DNA of 64,000 nt from a virus: positions 15,767 to 79,766 of the IMG/VR virus record IMGVR_UViG_3300019776_000213. One strand, 5' to 3'. This document shows positions 40,142 through 50,562 of this stretch, one piece after another; the first letter of the stretch is position 1, and each line of letters begins with the position of its first letter. A model generated the notes under the pieces. The model worked only from the letters and a program-made list of their open reading frames with translations, was not told where the DNA came from and searched no databases. The position numbers and the translations under genes were made by a program.

Positions 40142-40900
40142 ATGTCACGTAATGCACAGCGCAATACCCGTAAGACAAAAGAAGTATTAGGTGCAAAGCC
40201 TCAAACTAAAGAGAAGTTTTCTCATAATACTCAGACTGAGATAAACGATTTTACACCAACAGAGGCTCAGAAAGTATTAATCAATAAGATAAGAGAGAAT
40301 ACGTTAGTGTTTGTAGACGCTCCTGCTGGTAGTGGCAAGAGCTCGACTATCATGTGGCACTTTGCTAAAGAATACTTAGTCAATCGTTATAAACAAATCA
40401 TGGTTGTGAGGACTCCTGTCGAATTTTGTGATGATAAGATTGGATTCTTACCAAATGGTCTTGATGATAAACTAGAAGTCCATTTTGCATCTACAAAACA
40501 GATACTTGAGCAATTTCTAGGTACTGGTAGAGTAGCTGCTGATACAGGAAGTCGTATTCATTTTAAAATACCAAACTTCATGCTTGGGTGTACATTAAAA
40601 GATACTCTACTTCTTGTAGATGAAGCTCAACAGATATCTCCAAAAATCCTAAAGCTTATTCTTGAACGTATAGGTGAAGGATGTAAAGTAGTGGTTGCTG
40701 GGTCTTCTGAGCAATTGTTTGATGCTCATAATAAACGAGATGGTCTTGCCGATGCAGTAGCTCGATTCTTTGATTATGAAGAAGAAACTGATAGTCTATT
40801 ACCTCGTTTTAAGAATATCGCTTACCACGAGTTTGACGTTGAGGATTGTATGCGTGATGAGATTGTTAAAGATGTAATACGTGCCTATAGGGGGGAATAG
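40142..40900 (+). CDS. phoH: PhoH-like ATPase
   Basis: APAGSGKS, IGFLP, LLLVDEAQ, RIGEGCK, GL.DA, R..IVK motifs. Confidence 0.9.
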   Translation: MSRNAQRNTRKTKEVLGAKPQTKEKFSHNTQTEINDFTPTEAQKVLINKIRENTLVFVDAPAGSGKSSTIMWHFAKEYLVNRYKQIMVVRTPVEFCDDKIGFLPNGLDDKLEVHFASTKQILEQFLGTGRVAADTGSRIHFKIPNFMLGCTLKDTLLLVDEAQQISPKILKLILERIGEGCKVVVAGSSEQLFDAHNKRDGLADAVARFFDYEEETDSLLPRFKNIAYHEFDVEDCMRDEIVKDVIRAYRGE

Positions 40901-41659
40901 ATGACAAACAAAGAGAAATATGAAGGTGCACGATTTGAAAGTAAATCTTATGGATGGTACACTGTTATTGAATATAATAACTCTATCGATATAACAGTTA
41001 AATTTGATACAGGCTTTATAAAGAAATGTGCGTTAAAAGAAATGTTATCTGGTGGTATTAAAGACCCAACTGTCCCAAATGTTTATGGAGTTGGGTTTAT
41101 TGGAGCTGGTAAATATACTTCACAAATTGTTAGAGGAAACAATAATCCGTGTTATGACTCTTGGAAGGACATGTTAAAGAGGTGCTATTCAGAAGATACA
41201 AGATCAAGAAAGTATTACTTCGGATGTACTGTTGACAATGAGTGGTTAAATTATCAGAACTTTGCAGAATGGTATTACTCTAATATTAAATGTAGTGGTA
41301 GAGTAGAAGTAGATAAAGACCTATTAATAAAAGGAAATAAAATATATTCAGCAAAGACATGTTCTCTGGTTCCACAACAAATCAATACATTATTCTCAGG
41401 AGCTGGTAAAAAGTACAGAGGTAAGTATCCTTTAGGGGTACATTTTAGTAAAGAACGCAAACAATTTGCTGCGAGACTGGAGAGAAGAGGAGAAGCAAAA
41501 ACACATTTAGGGTGGTTCACTACTGCTGAGGATGCATTTCTGTGTTATAAACATCATAAAGAGATTCATGTAAAAGAAACTGCCAATAAGTTTAAGGATA
41601 TGATATCTGAAGAAGTTTATGATGCTCTGATGAAATATGAAGTTGACATAAATGACTAA
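40901..41659 (+). CDS. HNH-like homing endonuclease with AP2-like C-terminus
   Basis: W.DML.RCY..YQNFAEW..DKDLL.KGNKIYS..TC motif. Confidence 0.8.
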   Translation: MTNKEKYEGARFESKSYGWYTVIEYNNSIDITVKFDTGFIKKCALKEMLSGGIKDPTVPNVYGVGFIGAGKYTSQIVRGNNNPCYDSWKDMLKRCYSEDTRSRKYYFGCTVDNEWLNYQNFAEWYYSNIKCSGRVEVDKDLLIKGNKIYSAKTCSLVPQQINTLFSGAGKKYRGKYPLGVHFSKERKQFAARLERRGEAKTHLGWFTTAEDAFLCYKHHKEIHVKETANKFKDMISEEVYDALMKYEVDIND

Positions 41660-41672
41660 GAGGGAGACCAAT

Positions 41673-42308
41673 ATGAAGAAATACCACTCCGATGAAGAAA
41701 ACTTTAAAGATGAAAATCTATTTAAAGTTACTGCAAAGCCAATGACAACATTTTATGAGTGCAATATTGATGATGTTTTTGTTCACTCAAGTCAATTTGA
41801 TGATATTGTCTATATACTTGAAAATGCAGTAGATGGAGATATTATAAAGATGAACTTATCATCTGATGGTGGTTCATTGGTAGCAGTACTTCCTGTACTT
41901 GGTGCAATGGAGAAAACTAAAGCTCATGTACATTGTCATATTGTATCAGATATTGCTTCTGCTTGTACATTTCTACCAATGTATGCTGGTTCTGTAGATA
42001 TCAATAACTACGTATCAGTAATGTTCCACAATGTTCACTATGTTACTGCTGGAACAGGTCATACAGTGAAAGATTATGTAGACTACACTGATAAAGCTAC
42101 TTATAAACTTTTACATGATATGTATCACCACTTCTTTGATGAGGATGAAATAAGCAGAATTCTGCAAGGAAAGGAATACTGGATGGATTCTGAAGAGTTT
42201 ATGCTTCGTTACGAAATGATGATGGATGAACGTGAGAAGGAAATGGCAGAGTTTATGGAGGCTATTTCTGGAAAAGATAAGCCAGATGATGTAGATAAGG
42301 AAGTCTAA
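41673..42308 (+). CDS. ClpP-like protease
   Basis: SSDGGS, IASA (catalytic Ser), MFH (His), EYWM. Confidence 0.8.
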   Translation: MKKYHSDEENFKDENLFKVTAKPMTTFYECNIDDVFVHSSQFDDIVYILENAVDGDIIKMNLSSDGGSLVAVLPVLGAMEKTKAHVHCHIVSDIASACTFLPMYAGSVDINNYVSVMFHNVHYVTAGTGHTVKDYVDYTDKATYKLLHDMYHHFFDEDEISRILQGKEYWMDSEEFMLRYEMMMDEREKEMAEFMEAISGKDKPDDVDKEV

Positions 42309-42310
42309 TA

Positions 42311-42353
42311 GAAAAGCCCCTAGTCCAATTAAGGATTTAGGGGCTTTGTTTTT
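42311..42353. terminator. bidirectional terminator
   Basis: AAAAGCCCCTAG..TAGGGGCTTTGTTTTT. Confidence 0.8.
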
Positions 42354-42422
42354 ACATGTTGAAAAACCATACTTGTGATACGGTGAAACTTCTGCGCTTT
42401 CTATAGTGAGGCTGCTTCTGTT

Positions 42423-42698
42423 TTACAATCTTTCAGTGATTGTTTGCTGCTTATCTATCCACTCACTAAAACCATCTATTAGGAATTTGACATGTACTTT
42501 GCCATCTTCAGATGCTAGGAAATCATTAATTTTAGATATATTTTTAGAAAAGATTACTTGTTGTGATTCATTCATTGCACTCCCTAACAATGTGAAGGTT
42601 TTAAACTTCTGTAAAGTGTGCAACACAAGATATGGGTTATGCTTTACAACTTCCGATATGAACTCAGGAGTCATTTGTTGAAGGAGTGCGGGAATCAT
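42423..42698 (-). CDS. small helical partner protein
   Basis: starts 6 nt after the stop of 42705..43883. Confidence 0.7.
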   Translation of the reverse strand: MIPALLQQMTPEFISEVVKHNPYLVLHTLQKFKTFTLLGSAMNESQQVIFSKNISKINDFLASEDGKVHVKFLIDGFSEWIDKQQTITERL

Positions 42699-42704
42699 TA
42701 TCTA

Positions 42705-43883
42705 TCAACCATTTACGCGTGTATTAGCACTTGTAGGATTGCCAGAAGCTGTCATTGTACCCAAGTTAACAATACCATTGGAAATATGTTGGTTTTGAGA
42801 AAGCAATGTACTCAAGGCAGTTGCTAGAGTTTGGTACTGCTGCTGTTGCTGAGCTTGCAATTGGTTTTGGTTAACATTCTGCGTAACATTGACTTCAATA
42901 TCACGGCTACGCGAGATAGCACGTTGTTCCAATAATGCAGATTCAGCAGTTGCCAATTGTCGATTCAAAGTTGCTTCGTATTGAGATACGATCAATGCAC
43001 GAGTACGATCACCGTCATCACGGATTGTGTTAGCCAAGCTGTAAGTGTTTTGCAGACCTGCTGTTGCTAAGTTAGCAATACCAAGATTTACACTTGCTAT
43101 GCCATTCTGTACTACATCTTGTGTAGCATTCTCGGAAGCAATAATTGTAGCAGTGGTTGTCGCAATATCTCGTGCCAAACCAGTCTGGTTACTAAGGATA
43201 TTAGAAGTTGAAGCATTGATCTGAGCATTGATGTCATTCTGTGTAGCCGCCAAAGAAAGTTGTACTTGGCTTTCAGCCAGAGGAACGGCTGATTTAATAT
43301 CACCTAACGTCTGCATAATAGCATTGTTCTGCACTTGACTCGTAACAGCATCCAAGCCAGTTTGCAATTGAGTAGGAGTAACAAAGTTACCTACGCCATC
43401 ACCATTGCCAAGCAAACCGTTGCGGTTCAGCAGAGTGCCACCTAAGATACCACCTAACAAGCCAGCACCAAGACCTGCTCCAGCTCCTGCACCAACTCCA
43501 CCACCCATGCCATAAGCTGCTGGCATACCACTGAAAATATTTAAATCTTCTACTTTGTGCGTCATTTCTTTTTCCTTTAAGGATGTGTTATATTCAGGTA
43601 CAGCCGCATGAATTTGATCATTAGGTGTAGTGACATATAACGAGGAAGTATTGCCGTTGTAAGTTACTTCGACATTACTAGGGATAGATGATGTAGCACC
43701 ATCTAGTTTGAAATATAACCTATCGCCAGCTTTTACATGCAGATGATGTAATTCTGTTTTGGCATCGTTGATATATGCTGATAAAGTTATATGTTTTGGG
43801 TATTTTACTTCTACAATTCCATCCGTTGGGATGGATACGGTGTTTGTAATGCCACCAACATTTTCAATATTTGACCACATCAA
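42705..43883 (-). CDS. Gly-rich/heptad-repeat/Q-N-rich protein with two in-frame starts (43883/43880 and 43565)
   Basis: AAGGAG RBS before the first start, AAGGAAAAAGAA before the internal ATG. Confidence 0.8.
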   Translation of the reverse strand: MMWSNIENVGGITNTVSIPTDGIVEVKYPKHITLSAYINDAKTELHHLHVKAGDRLYFKLDGATSSIPSNVEVTYNGNTSSLYVTTPNDQIHAAVPEYNTSLKEKEMTHKVEDLNIFSGMPAAYGMGGGVGAGAGAGLGAGLLGGILGGTLLNRNGLLGNGDGVGNFVTPTQLQTGLDAVTSQVQNNAIMQTLGDIKSAVPLAESQVQLSLAATQNDINAQINASTSNILSNQTGLARDIATTTATIIASENATQDVVQNGIASVNLGIANLATAGLQNTYSLANTIRDDGDRTRALIVSQYEATLNRQLATAESALLEQRAISRSRDIEVNVTQNVNQNQLQAQQQQQYQTLATALSTLLSQNQHISNGIVNLGTMTASGNPTSANTRVNG

Positions 43884-44151
43884 ATACTCCTTGGCGTATA
43901 TTGTTGTGTTGCTCGATGAGCAGAATAGATATACATGAAATATATCTGAAGGATTATCAGAATAAGCTTCTATTTTGATAACGGCATTATACAGTAATTT
44001 ATCAGAAAAGCAATAGTATTTTAATAATATTTATGTAACATTGTGTGACAATTGGTATTGAGAAGTAAGATTGAAATATTTAAAGATATTACTTGCTTTA
44101 TTTAGAAATGTGTATATAATACGGACATTAGTAAATTTAAGGAGAAATAAA

Positions 44152-46244
44152 ATGGAACAATTGATTGCTAATATAGAAGAAGCTTTGAAAGATCATTCTC
44201 GTTGGGAGGAAGTATCAAGTAAAATAGGGGTTGTTATTAAGGATAATAATACAGGAGTTGAGTTCGGATTACATGTTGTAGGTGCTGTATCGTATAACCC
44301 TTACTTTAAATTTGTTTTAATGTACGGTGGAATAGTAATAGAAGTCAATAATCAATATGTGTCAGATTTGATGAAACATTTTAATAAGAAGAGAGATGAA
44401 AAGAGATTAGTACCACTTATGGAAATATATTGCCCTAAGGAATTTAAATAATGTACAGCATAGTGCTAATCTTATTATTGTTCATATTCCTAATCCCACC
44501 TCCATTGTCAGGATTGGTAGTACTATTTATGTTTCTTATAATAGCTCCATTCTACACATTAGGATTCCTATTTGGAGTGTGGGCTTTGTATTCATTGATG
44601 AAGAAGTGGATGGGGAGGTGATATGAATAAAGTAATTGTTATTAGGGAAGTTAGTGGAAAAGCTTGTGAAGGGTGTATTGTTAATGGTTGGAGTGATTGC
44701 GGAAAGTTTGTAGAGGGTATGGTTGATAATGGAGTTGGAGATTGTGTTAGTGTTATAGATGGTCAGTTTGTTAATTATATTTACACTGTTGTGAAAGAAG
44801 AATCATGATAATCTCAATAGACTACGACGACACATACACCAAAGACCCTATCTTGTGGAATAACTTTATTATTCAAGCTAGGAATAGAGGGCATACAGTA
44901 TACTGTATCACAGCAAGAGATGAAGAATACTCTGGAGAGGAAGTAAAAGAAGTTTTAAAAGGACTTGTTGATGGGATATTCTTTACGAACCAAGCACCTA
45001 AAGAGGCTTATATGCTGAAGTATCATGATATTGTTATTAATTGTTGGATTGATGATAATCCTAGAAGTATTATAAGTAGGAGTAAGAATAACAAAGATGT
45101 ATACTACTCTAACAAACTTGGCTACTACGAAGAGGAGAAATAAAATGTCATTAGAATTTATTGTTGGTTACTTAGTGGTATGCTTTATCTATTATTTGCT
45201 AATGCTCTTATTCAGCTATAAAACTAGAGATGAGATAACATTAGGGGATGTACTTGGTTGGCTTATTTTCTGCTACCTACCTATTGCAAATATATATATG
45301 TATTTCCACTATTAGTTGTGCTTGATAGACTTAGCGGTGACTGGACTGAAATTGTAGTGTTTTCTAAGGATAAGAAATGATGGAAATATTAATTTACATA
45401 GCAGTCTGTACAATAATTACTTTAACATCTTTATATTTCTGGGTAGAAGCTTTTGAGGAGTTATCTATAGGAGCTATTCTATTTTGTGCGATATTCTGCT
45501 TTATACCAGTACTGAACTACTTTATAGTAATATTGTGGCTACCATTAGTTTTTATTAAGTTGGATAAGATTGTTATTTTTAGGAAGGAGAAGAAATAATG
45601 TTATTAAGTAAAGAAACAGAGCAAGCTATTATTGATAGCTTTAAAGACTTAGACCGTTGGGAGCTTGTTAAAGGATATGAAGCTAGGGACGGAGGGTCAT
45701 TAGGTATAATGATGCGATATTGCTATTCTTCCTTATGGAGGGATAAGATTACTGGAACTATTATGGAATTTGAATCAGATAAGCTTGTATTTATTGATAC
45801 ATTGGAAATAAAACTAGGTGATAGTAGTATTCCTCTATACGCAAAGTATATGATTGAAGGTAAAGATTACTTGAAATTACAAGCCGTTGTAGATTCTATC
45901 AATAAGAAGTGGAGTATTTAATGATAAAAGAATTACAGCTGGGAGAAGGCCTAGAAGCTATCATTATTGAAAGTTTTAATGATATTAATAGATGGGATAA
46001 TATATCTAGCTACGAATCAAAAACAAGGAAAGATGTATTGTATGAGCCTTTCCATATGCTTTCTACTGTTTATGTTGACAGTGTTACAGGTTCTGTAATA
46101 GAGCTTCACCATAGTGGTGTTAAGGTGGATTATATAAGTGCTAGTAAGAAGCTTTCAGATGCATTCCATGAGATGATAAATAAGAAATCTATTAGTAAGC
46201 AAGAAGAGTTACTTAAGAATTTAAAGAGTAAATGGAATGCTTAA
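44152..46244 (+). CDS. cluster of small genes incl. three paralogues (44152, 45598, 45921), membrane proteins and a HAD-like phosphatase (44805..45143)
   Basis: I.ESF.D..RW..D..TG motif in the paralogues; DYDDT..TAR..K..IDD in the HAD protein. Confidence 0.7.
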
Positions 46245-47437
46245 ATTTTAATCAAATAGTGCTGTGGATAACTTTTATTATCTTCAGCTATTTGTAGTCA
46301 TCTTCAAACCTACTAAAAGCCATTATAATGTTTCTTTAAAGAATCTTTCTAGGAAATATTATGGTGGCTTATTCTTTATTACTTCTTCAAAATTCTGTTC
46401 TGAATTTTATCTTATTTCATATCTGAAACATTCTATTCTGTATTGATTTCAATACAGCTTATTAGGTGTTTCTGTCTCAAGATGGTAATATATAATTAAT
46501 TTTAAGGTCATACTTAGTGCTGTATTTGTTGTAAGGATATTGACAAAATATCTTAAATATGAGTGCTAATCGAGCCACTTTGGTACTCAATATAATATCA
46601 TAGTATTAACTATCATCAATTACTATTTCATAGCTATAATCTATTAAAATATTTCTTCTGAGTAATTTTATTGTAAATTTTAGTGCTGATAGCTGGCAAA
46701 TATCTATGGTGAAAATACCAGATATTGTGAGTTTTATTTGCAGAATTTTATTATAAAAATTTTTAGATTGTGACTATGTTTGTTACTATTTGGAAATTAT
46801 TTGGTTAGAATATCTATAGGATAATGTGCTAGATTTAGCTATGAGAGTGCTCGTTTTAGACATTTTAAGTTTGCTATTTGTGTGGCAGTGCTGAGACGTA
46901 TTGGTGGTTTAACAGGCACCGCCACCCTTCTTATCAAAATAATTATAATTTCAAAATATCCTTTAAAATCAAATAGTTAGATATCCTTTAGCACGTAATA
47001 AACAAATGTTTTGTTCGTGTTAGACCTACTGCTGCCTTGATAGTCTCTCCCTATCGCTGGATAGAGCCTCACTAGAACGCTGTATAAGGCGTTGATACTC
47101 ATCTGGCTACTACCCTATTACCTACCCTTAGAACTCGTCTCCTAGAGCCTATACGCAAGCCGCATATGCAGAGTAATGGCATCTGGTAGCTATAAACTGC
47201 TACTATCCTGCCAGCGCATAGCAGAATGTTGCTCACTCAATAACATTCATGATAGATAATTGCAATCGTGTTGCAGATAATGATAGATTCGCAGTGATAG
47301 GGATTCTCAGTTATGCGGGGAGGACCTCGATTGCCCTCTCGCATTATTATAAAGACTGCGTTTTATATTTTAGGTCACGTGACCTATTATTGCTAAGAAG
47401 CAATTTAACATCAAGGTAACCATGCAGGATGATAGAG

Positions 47438-47522
47438 TTATCCACAGGACACTATAAAGTTATCCACAGCTATCACATACTTATCCACAGATATTACTAA
47501 GTTATCCACATAGTTATGCACA
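47438..47522 (+). repeat. cluster of five DnaA boxes
   Basis: TTATCCACA at 47438, 47460, 47481, 47502; TTATGCACA at 47514. Confidence 0.85.
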
Positions 47523-47866
47523 GGCTACAACATAACATACCTGACAGGATACCTTGTCGGTGTCACTGCTATACTCACTTATACATTGCTATACTTTGAT
47601 ATACATCTGTACATATGACATGATAACACAATGCCTCGTATAAGCCTTTAAATACCCTTTACAGAAGACTTACACCATGCTGCTATGATTCCCTAGCCTA
47701 TGCTATTTAAATTGATTATAGGCTGTTCTGACAAGCCATATGATTGATATCCACCGTCATACTAAATGAATTGCATAGATGACTGGAACATTGAGAGATA
47801 TGCTAAAGCATAAAAGAAAAGCCCACCGATTAGGGCAGGCTTTATTATGAAGATTGTAGGACTGAA

Positions 47867-48400
47867 TTATTCAGGCAATTTAAAGAAGCATGATGCAGGG
47901 ATGTCTCGATACTTATCATTGAATATCACTTTATAATAAAGCTCCTCGCCATCACTTGATGGGTAATGGGTCTTATACAGCACAGTGTACTTCTTGCCAA
48001 GCTCCCCACCATACTTATTATCACATAACACCACTTGCAACACTGGCATTCCCATCTCTTCAGGGCTAGCAGGTCTAAACAATGTATGACTAAATGCATT
48101 GTGAGTATACCCTTTATCATTCTTGACCACATAATGACCAGAAGTTGCATTGACAAATACTTCTTGCATCACTTCATAACACTTACCCAGCGTGAGATAA
48201 TACCCTGAATCTTCAGTATTCATACACCCTACATATTTCTTTTCAGGTTCTTCTTTCTTAAAGCGGTGCTTGGAATACAGCATTAATTCGCCAGAATTAT
48301 TAATTATATTGTAATCAAAGTCATTTTCATGAACGGCTTCATAACTAACACCTTCAGTTATTTTCACCATACCTGTAGCATCAATACATTTCACCCTCAT
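47867..48400 (-). CDS. three-repeat SH3-like (DUF6501-like) protein
   Basis: VKC..T.G..YE..N..G....F unit three times. Confidence 0.65.
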   Translation of the reverse strand: MRVKCIDATGMVKITEGVSYEAVHENDFDYNIINNSGELMLYSKHRFKKEEPEKKYVGCMNTEDSGYYLTLGKCYEVMQEVFVNATSGHYVVKNDKGYTHNAFSHTLFRPASPEEMGMPVLQVVLCDNKYGGELGKKYTVLYKTHYPSSDGEELYYKVIFNDKYRDIPASCFFKLPE

Positions 48401-48434
48401 TTGTAAATCTCCTTATAAATTGATAATCAAACAA

Positions 48435-49022
48435 TCACACCCCTTCAGGACGTTTTACTAAGCTATCTTTCCAGTCGATGCCAGATGTGTCTATTTTAAG
48501 TTTTAATCTAAAACAATTACCAATATTAGTCCAGCAGTCTCCAGAACATCTTGGCTCGGTGGCATAACCAAACAGCTCACCATCTTTATCCATAGCCACA
48601 TATTGCACATCGTCTGGCAACATTTCCCACGGAATTACTAGCTGCTTCTTAATTTGTGGCTTTGTGCGATATACATGGTTGAATACAAGAGAATCATGTG
48701 CACCAGATATCCATTCATTAGAATTTGCATAGTATATATCACACTCCCCTTTCATCTTAGCCTTAATAACTGCCAACATCTCCTCATCTGACAAATCCTT
48801 AAATTGCTTCATGTCTTCGTTTAAGAACTCTTTCATAGCTCCCTGCTCCTTTTGGTTGTCGTCTTCGATGATTGTGAAACGTTCTTTCTCGTACCACCAT
48901 TTATCAGTGTCATTGTCTAAAATTTTATATTTACCGTCACTAGTATCTAATACTTCATATACATTACCTACAGTCAGACTTGTCCGGTATCCACCATTAC
49001 CAATACACTTTACTTTAAACAT
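48435..49022 (-). CDS. SH3-like domain fused to a YVAMDKDG-type C-terminal domain
   Basis: KVKCIGN..LTVGNVYEV; YVAMDKDG..DWKDSL. Confidence 0.65.
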   Translation of the reverse strand: MFKVKCIGNGGYRTSLTVGNVYEVLDTSDGKYKILDNDTDKWWYEKERFTIIEDDNQKEQGAMKEFLNEDMKQFKDLSDEEMLAVIKAKMKGECDIYYANSNEWISGAHDSLVFNHVYRTKPQIKKQLVIPWEMLPDDVQYVAMDKDGELFGYATEPRCSGDCWTNIGNCFRLKLKIDTSGIDWKDSLVKRPEGV

Positions 49023-49315
49023 TTTAATCTCCTTAATAATTAATCTCAGTCTTTCCACTTCACAAACATACTCCCCTGCACTATATCACTTTCTTTCAAT
49101 CCTAGCCAAGCAGCCATCTTTAAGGCTTCTTCATGGCTGTTATAATGCTTTGTAATGCCTTTGTAACTAATTGTAAATACTGACATGATATGTTCTCTGT
49201 TTGTGAGTGGTGGCTTGCACAATTGCTTGCCCGATGAAGATATAATACACTAAGCACAGAATAATGCAAGGAGTATTTTAAAGAAATGGAAGATATTTTG
49301 AGGGGTGTTGCAGAA

Positions 49316-50086
49316 TCACACAATTTGTTGTGCGTCTTGCTTCTTATTTCGTTTGATAGGGTACTTTCCATCCCTTTTACAAGGATTCTTTATAACTTTA
49401 TTATCAGCAACTGTCAACGACTTAAATAATTCTACAATGTTTTCTTTATCGCCTATTGCTTCTATAAAACTATAGACACCATTAAGTCGAGTGCCTACTG
49501 GAGCCATGAAACGAATAATACAACCGATAGATTCTAAGAACTTAGTTGCCCTATTTATCCTATCCACTGATATTTTACCTTTATTCCTCCAGAGATGCGA
49601 TGTACTTACTTTTCCATACCGTTTTATATTAGCAAGAACAACTTTAACGGACTCTTCATCACTTAGCGAAATTCTGTGCTTTACCTTCCATGAGTCTGTT
49701 TTACTTAATTTCAATTTACAGTCAAATGGTTGACATACTTCCGGTAATACTCGCTCTTCCCATACTTGTCTAATTCTTGCCCGTTCTTTTCTTGTCAGCT
49801 TATAACCGGATGTACCTTCGCCACCGTCTGTAAGATTTGTGAGTTTATGTCCGTTTTCACGGTAGAACTTGATTAACTCTACTTCAAGATCAAATGCCTC
49901 ATCTTCGCTTAGTTCTTTCTCCACTATCTCAATAGAATAACCATGTTTATTAACTATGTTAAGCCAATATTGATTCCTCCCAGCTTTGCTGTGTGAGCGC
50001 TTATCTTTACCTTTTCCAACATAGAAAACTTCATTGTTATCGTTTCTTCTGTGGATATACACATAAAATACATTATTCATTCTCAT
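49316..50086 (-). CDS. GIY-YIG-like endonuclease
   Basis: FYVYIH..FYVGKG..R..E..LTN.TDGGEG. Confidence 0.8.
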   Translation of the reverse strand: MRMNNVFYVYIHRRNDNNEVFYVGKGKDKRSHSKAGRNQYWLNIVNKHGYSIEIVEKELSEDEAFDLEVELIKFYRENGHKLTNLTDGGEGTSGYKLTRKERARIRQVWEERVLPEVCQPFDCKLKLSKTDSWKVKHRISLSDEESVKVVLANIKRYGKVSTSHLWRNKGKISVDRINRATKFLESIGCIIRFMAPVGTRLNGVYSFIEAIGDKENIVELFKSLTVADNKVIKNPCKRDGKYPIKRNKKQDAQQIV

Positions 50087-50091
50087 TCATC

Positions 50092-50562
50092 CTAAAATGG
50101 TGCTTCCTCATCATCCTCGCCAAGAATATTACCATGTTTATCAATAGTAACATTTGACTGTTTCTTGTATTGTGCCAAACCAGAAGTATTACGCTTATGA
50201 GTTTCTTTCGGCTTTGCAGGATCATGCTTAGGAATAGACCTACCAGAATAAGCTGTGCCAGATTCTTTTGCACTAGATATGATTTTATGTATATTGATGA
50301 AGTATTTATTACTGACACCTTTACCTGTGCCCATTTCTATAGTCATCCAACCACTAGAGACTAGTTCTTTCTTACAACGATCAATAGTTCTCTCGCTTAG
50401 ACCTGATCTAGTCACCAGTGTTTTTATACTCGGGAATGCAAACCCTTTTTCAGAATTGTAAAATGATATAATTGCAACCATCAACGCTCGGGTGGACGTG
50501 TCAAGTGGTAAGTTATCAATCTTTGAGAATAGTCCCAGAATTTCGTATTGTGATATGTTCAT
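50092..50562 (-). CDS. winged-helix (HTH_36) replication-initiator-like protein
   Basis: AFPSIKTL..SGLSERTI..L...GW..SNKY. Confidence 0.75.
   Translation of the reverse strand: MNISQYEILGLFSKIDNLPLDTSTRALMVAIISFYNSEKGFAFPSIKTLVTRSGLSERTIDRCKKELVSSGWMTIEMGTGKGVSNKYFINIHKIISSAKESGTAYSGRSIPKHDPAKPKETHKRNTSGLAQYKKQSNVTIDKHGNILGEDDEEAPF

Noticed and set aside
40898-40903. PhoH-endonuclease readthrough fusion (TAG directly followed by ATG in frame)
   Set aside because: PhoH is full length and a G-rich RBS precedes the ATG; simple tight insertion is sufficient.
47438-47522. Mini CRISPR array
   Set aside because: Repeats are only 9-11 bp with spacers of about 12 bp and match the DnaA consensus; no cas genes are present.
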